Assembly (NCBI GenBank): GCA_947313885.1
Contig: CAMZNU010000002.1
Location: forward strand, 4,321 to 68,320
Direction of reading: 5' to 3'
Source: an uncultured Clostridia bacterium
GTDB taxonomy: Bacteria > Bacillota > Clostridia > Lachnospirales > CAMZNU01
Length of the DNA: 64,000 bases
The translations under genes were made by a program, and so were the position numbers. Under the pieces are notes generated by a model, which made no database searches, was not told where the DNA came from, and saw only the letters and a list, made by a program, of their open reading frames with translations. Positions 63,130-64,000 of this stretch are shown piece after piece; within the stretch, counting starts at the first letter, position 1, and each line of letters begins with the position of its first letter.

Positions 63130-64000
63130 ATGAAAAATAGAAAACCAGAGAAAAAAATAGACGAGAGAGATACGATGTTTGCGAGAATGAAATATGTAGA
63201 AGGAAGTAAAGAATATAAAGATTATTATTTAAGAAATAAACATTTAAAAGAAATAGATGATAATTTAAGAAGTAAGGGAGGGATTGGAGCTGATGATACG
63301 GTATTTTATAATGAAGGTGTATCAGAAGCTATTAATAGTAATTTTAAGTTACTAAATGATATAAAACATTTATCAAAAATAGAAAGAGGTAGCGAGAAAA
63401 TAGAGATAAATGAAAAAAGGGTTACAAATATAATAAAAGGGTTGTGTAAAACCTATGGTGCATTAGACGTTAGTGTAGTAGAGCTTAAAGATGAGCATTA
63501 TTATTCACATAGAGGTAGAGATGAATTTTATGGTGATGAAATAACAGAAAATATGAAACATAAGTATGGAATTGTATTTACTGTACAGATGGAAAAGGAA
63601 ATGATAAATACAGCACCACGAACGCCTGCAACGTTACAGTCATCAAAAAGTTATGTAGACTTAAGTATAATAGGATTACAAATAGGATATTATATATCAA
63701 GTTTAGGGTATGATAGTTTTGTAAATATGGATGCTAATTATTTGTTAAACGTAGTGCGGGTAGCAAATGATAGCCCATTAGGAGAAGTTGGTAGAAACAA
63801 TTTATTAATAACACCTAAAAATGGTGCAAGTGTAAGAATTGGAGTAGTAGCTACAAACATTCCGTTAGTCATTGATAAAAATAAAACCTATGGAATAAAA
63901 GAACATATGTGTTCTATATGTAATTTGTGCGGTGTTACGTGTCCGTCAAAGTCAATAGATTTAAGTGATGATGAAAATAAGTGGTCAATAAATCAAGAAA
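63130..64000 (+). CDS. RdhA/QueG-superfamily Fe-S protein (reductive-dehalogenase-like), 3' end beyond the window
   Basis: My own translation from ATG 63130 (ggaggg RBS) runs with no stop to nt 64000. It reads MKNRKPEKKIDERDTMFARMKY... and ends with CSICNLCGVTCPSKSI, a Cx2Cx2Cx3CP ferredoxin motif. It is missing from the ORF track because it has no stop in the window. Confidence 0.45.
   Translation, partial: MKNRKPEKKIDERDTMFARMKYVEGSKEYKDYYLRNKHLKEIDDNLRSKGGIGADDTVFYNEGVSEAINSNFKLLNDIKHLSKIERGSEKIEINEKRVTNIIKGLCKTYGALDVSVVELKDEHYYSHRGRDEFYGDEITENMKHKYGIVFTVQMEKEMINTAPRTPATLQSSKSYVDLSIIGLQIGYYISSLGYDSFVNMDANYLLNVVRVANDSPLGEVGRNNLLITPKNGASVRIGVVATNIPLVIDKNKTYGIKEHMCSICNLCGVTCPSKSIDLSDDENKWSINQE

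Overview
AT-rich (low-GC) chromosomal segment from a spore-forming anaerobic Firmicute of the Clostridia type, judged from spoIIID, ptb-buk, PFOR and PolC. Nearly all genes are on the + strand and tightly packed. Gene order: a purine operon (purF'-M-N-H-D). A cytoplasmic sulfated-glycan locus (AraC::GH39 fusion, beta-phosphoglucomutase, GH3, Cys-type sulfatase, GPH symporter, anaerobic sulfatase-maturating enzyme). ptb-buk plus DUF368 and DUF2225. ung on the minus strand. A polyamine operon speD-speA-speE-speB. spoIIID. uppS-cdsA-dxr-rseP. Then a roughly 16.6 kb block that separates rseP from its usual neighbours ispG-polC. After polC come PFOR (nifJ), two tandem alanine/glycine:cation symporter paralogs, an RNase E/G-family gene, radA, an LCP protein, rplS, and a partial RdhA/QueG-like Fe-S protein at the window end. 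The most unusual content is inside the 16.6 kb block. An addB with no addA is translationally coupled to a choline-kinase-like::CRP/FNR fusion regulator, then ccdA and a TlpA/ResA-like thioredoxin. This is followed by one tight eight-gene operon: cydA-cydB joined to an Rnf-type membrane core (RnfD-like, RnfG, RnfE, RnfA), an unlisted 53-aa Cys-rich membrane peptide, and an RnfB reduced to its N-terminal 4Fe-4S domain. RnfC is absent, and the RnfD-like protein has no flavinylation motif. Other notable features are a tandem triplication (130-bp period) of the polC 3' end, a roughly 100-bp repeat family present in inverted orientation on either side of the ptb-buk block, and a hexamer-repeat tract inside the DUF2225 gene. 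I found no tRNA, rRNA, CRISPR array, transposase or integrase. All calls come from reading motifs by eye. No database search was possible.
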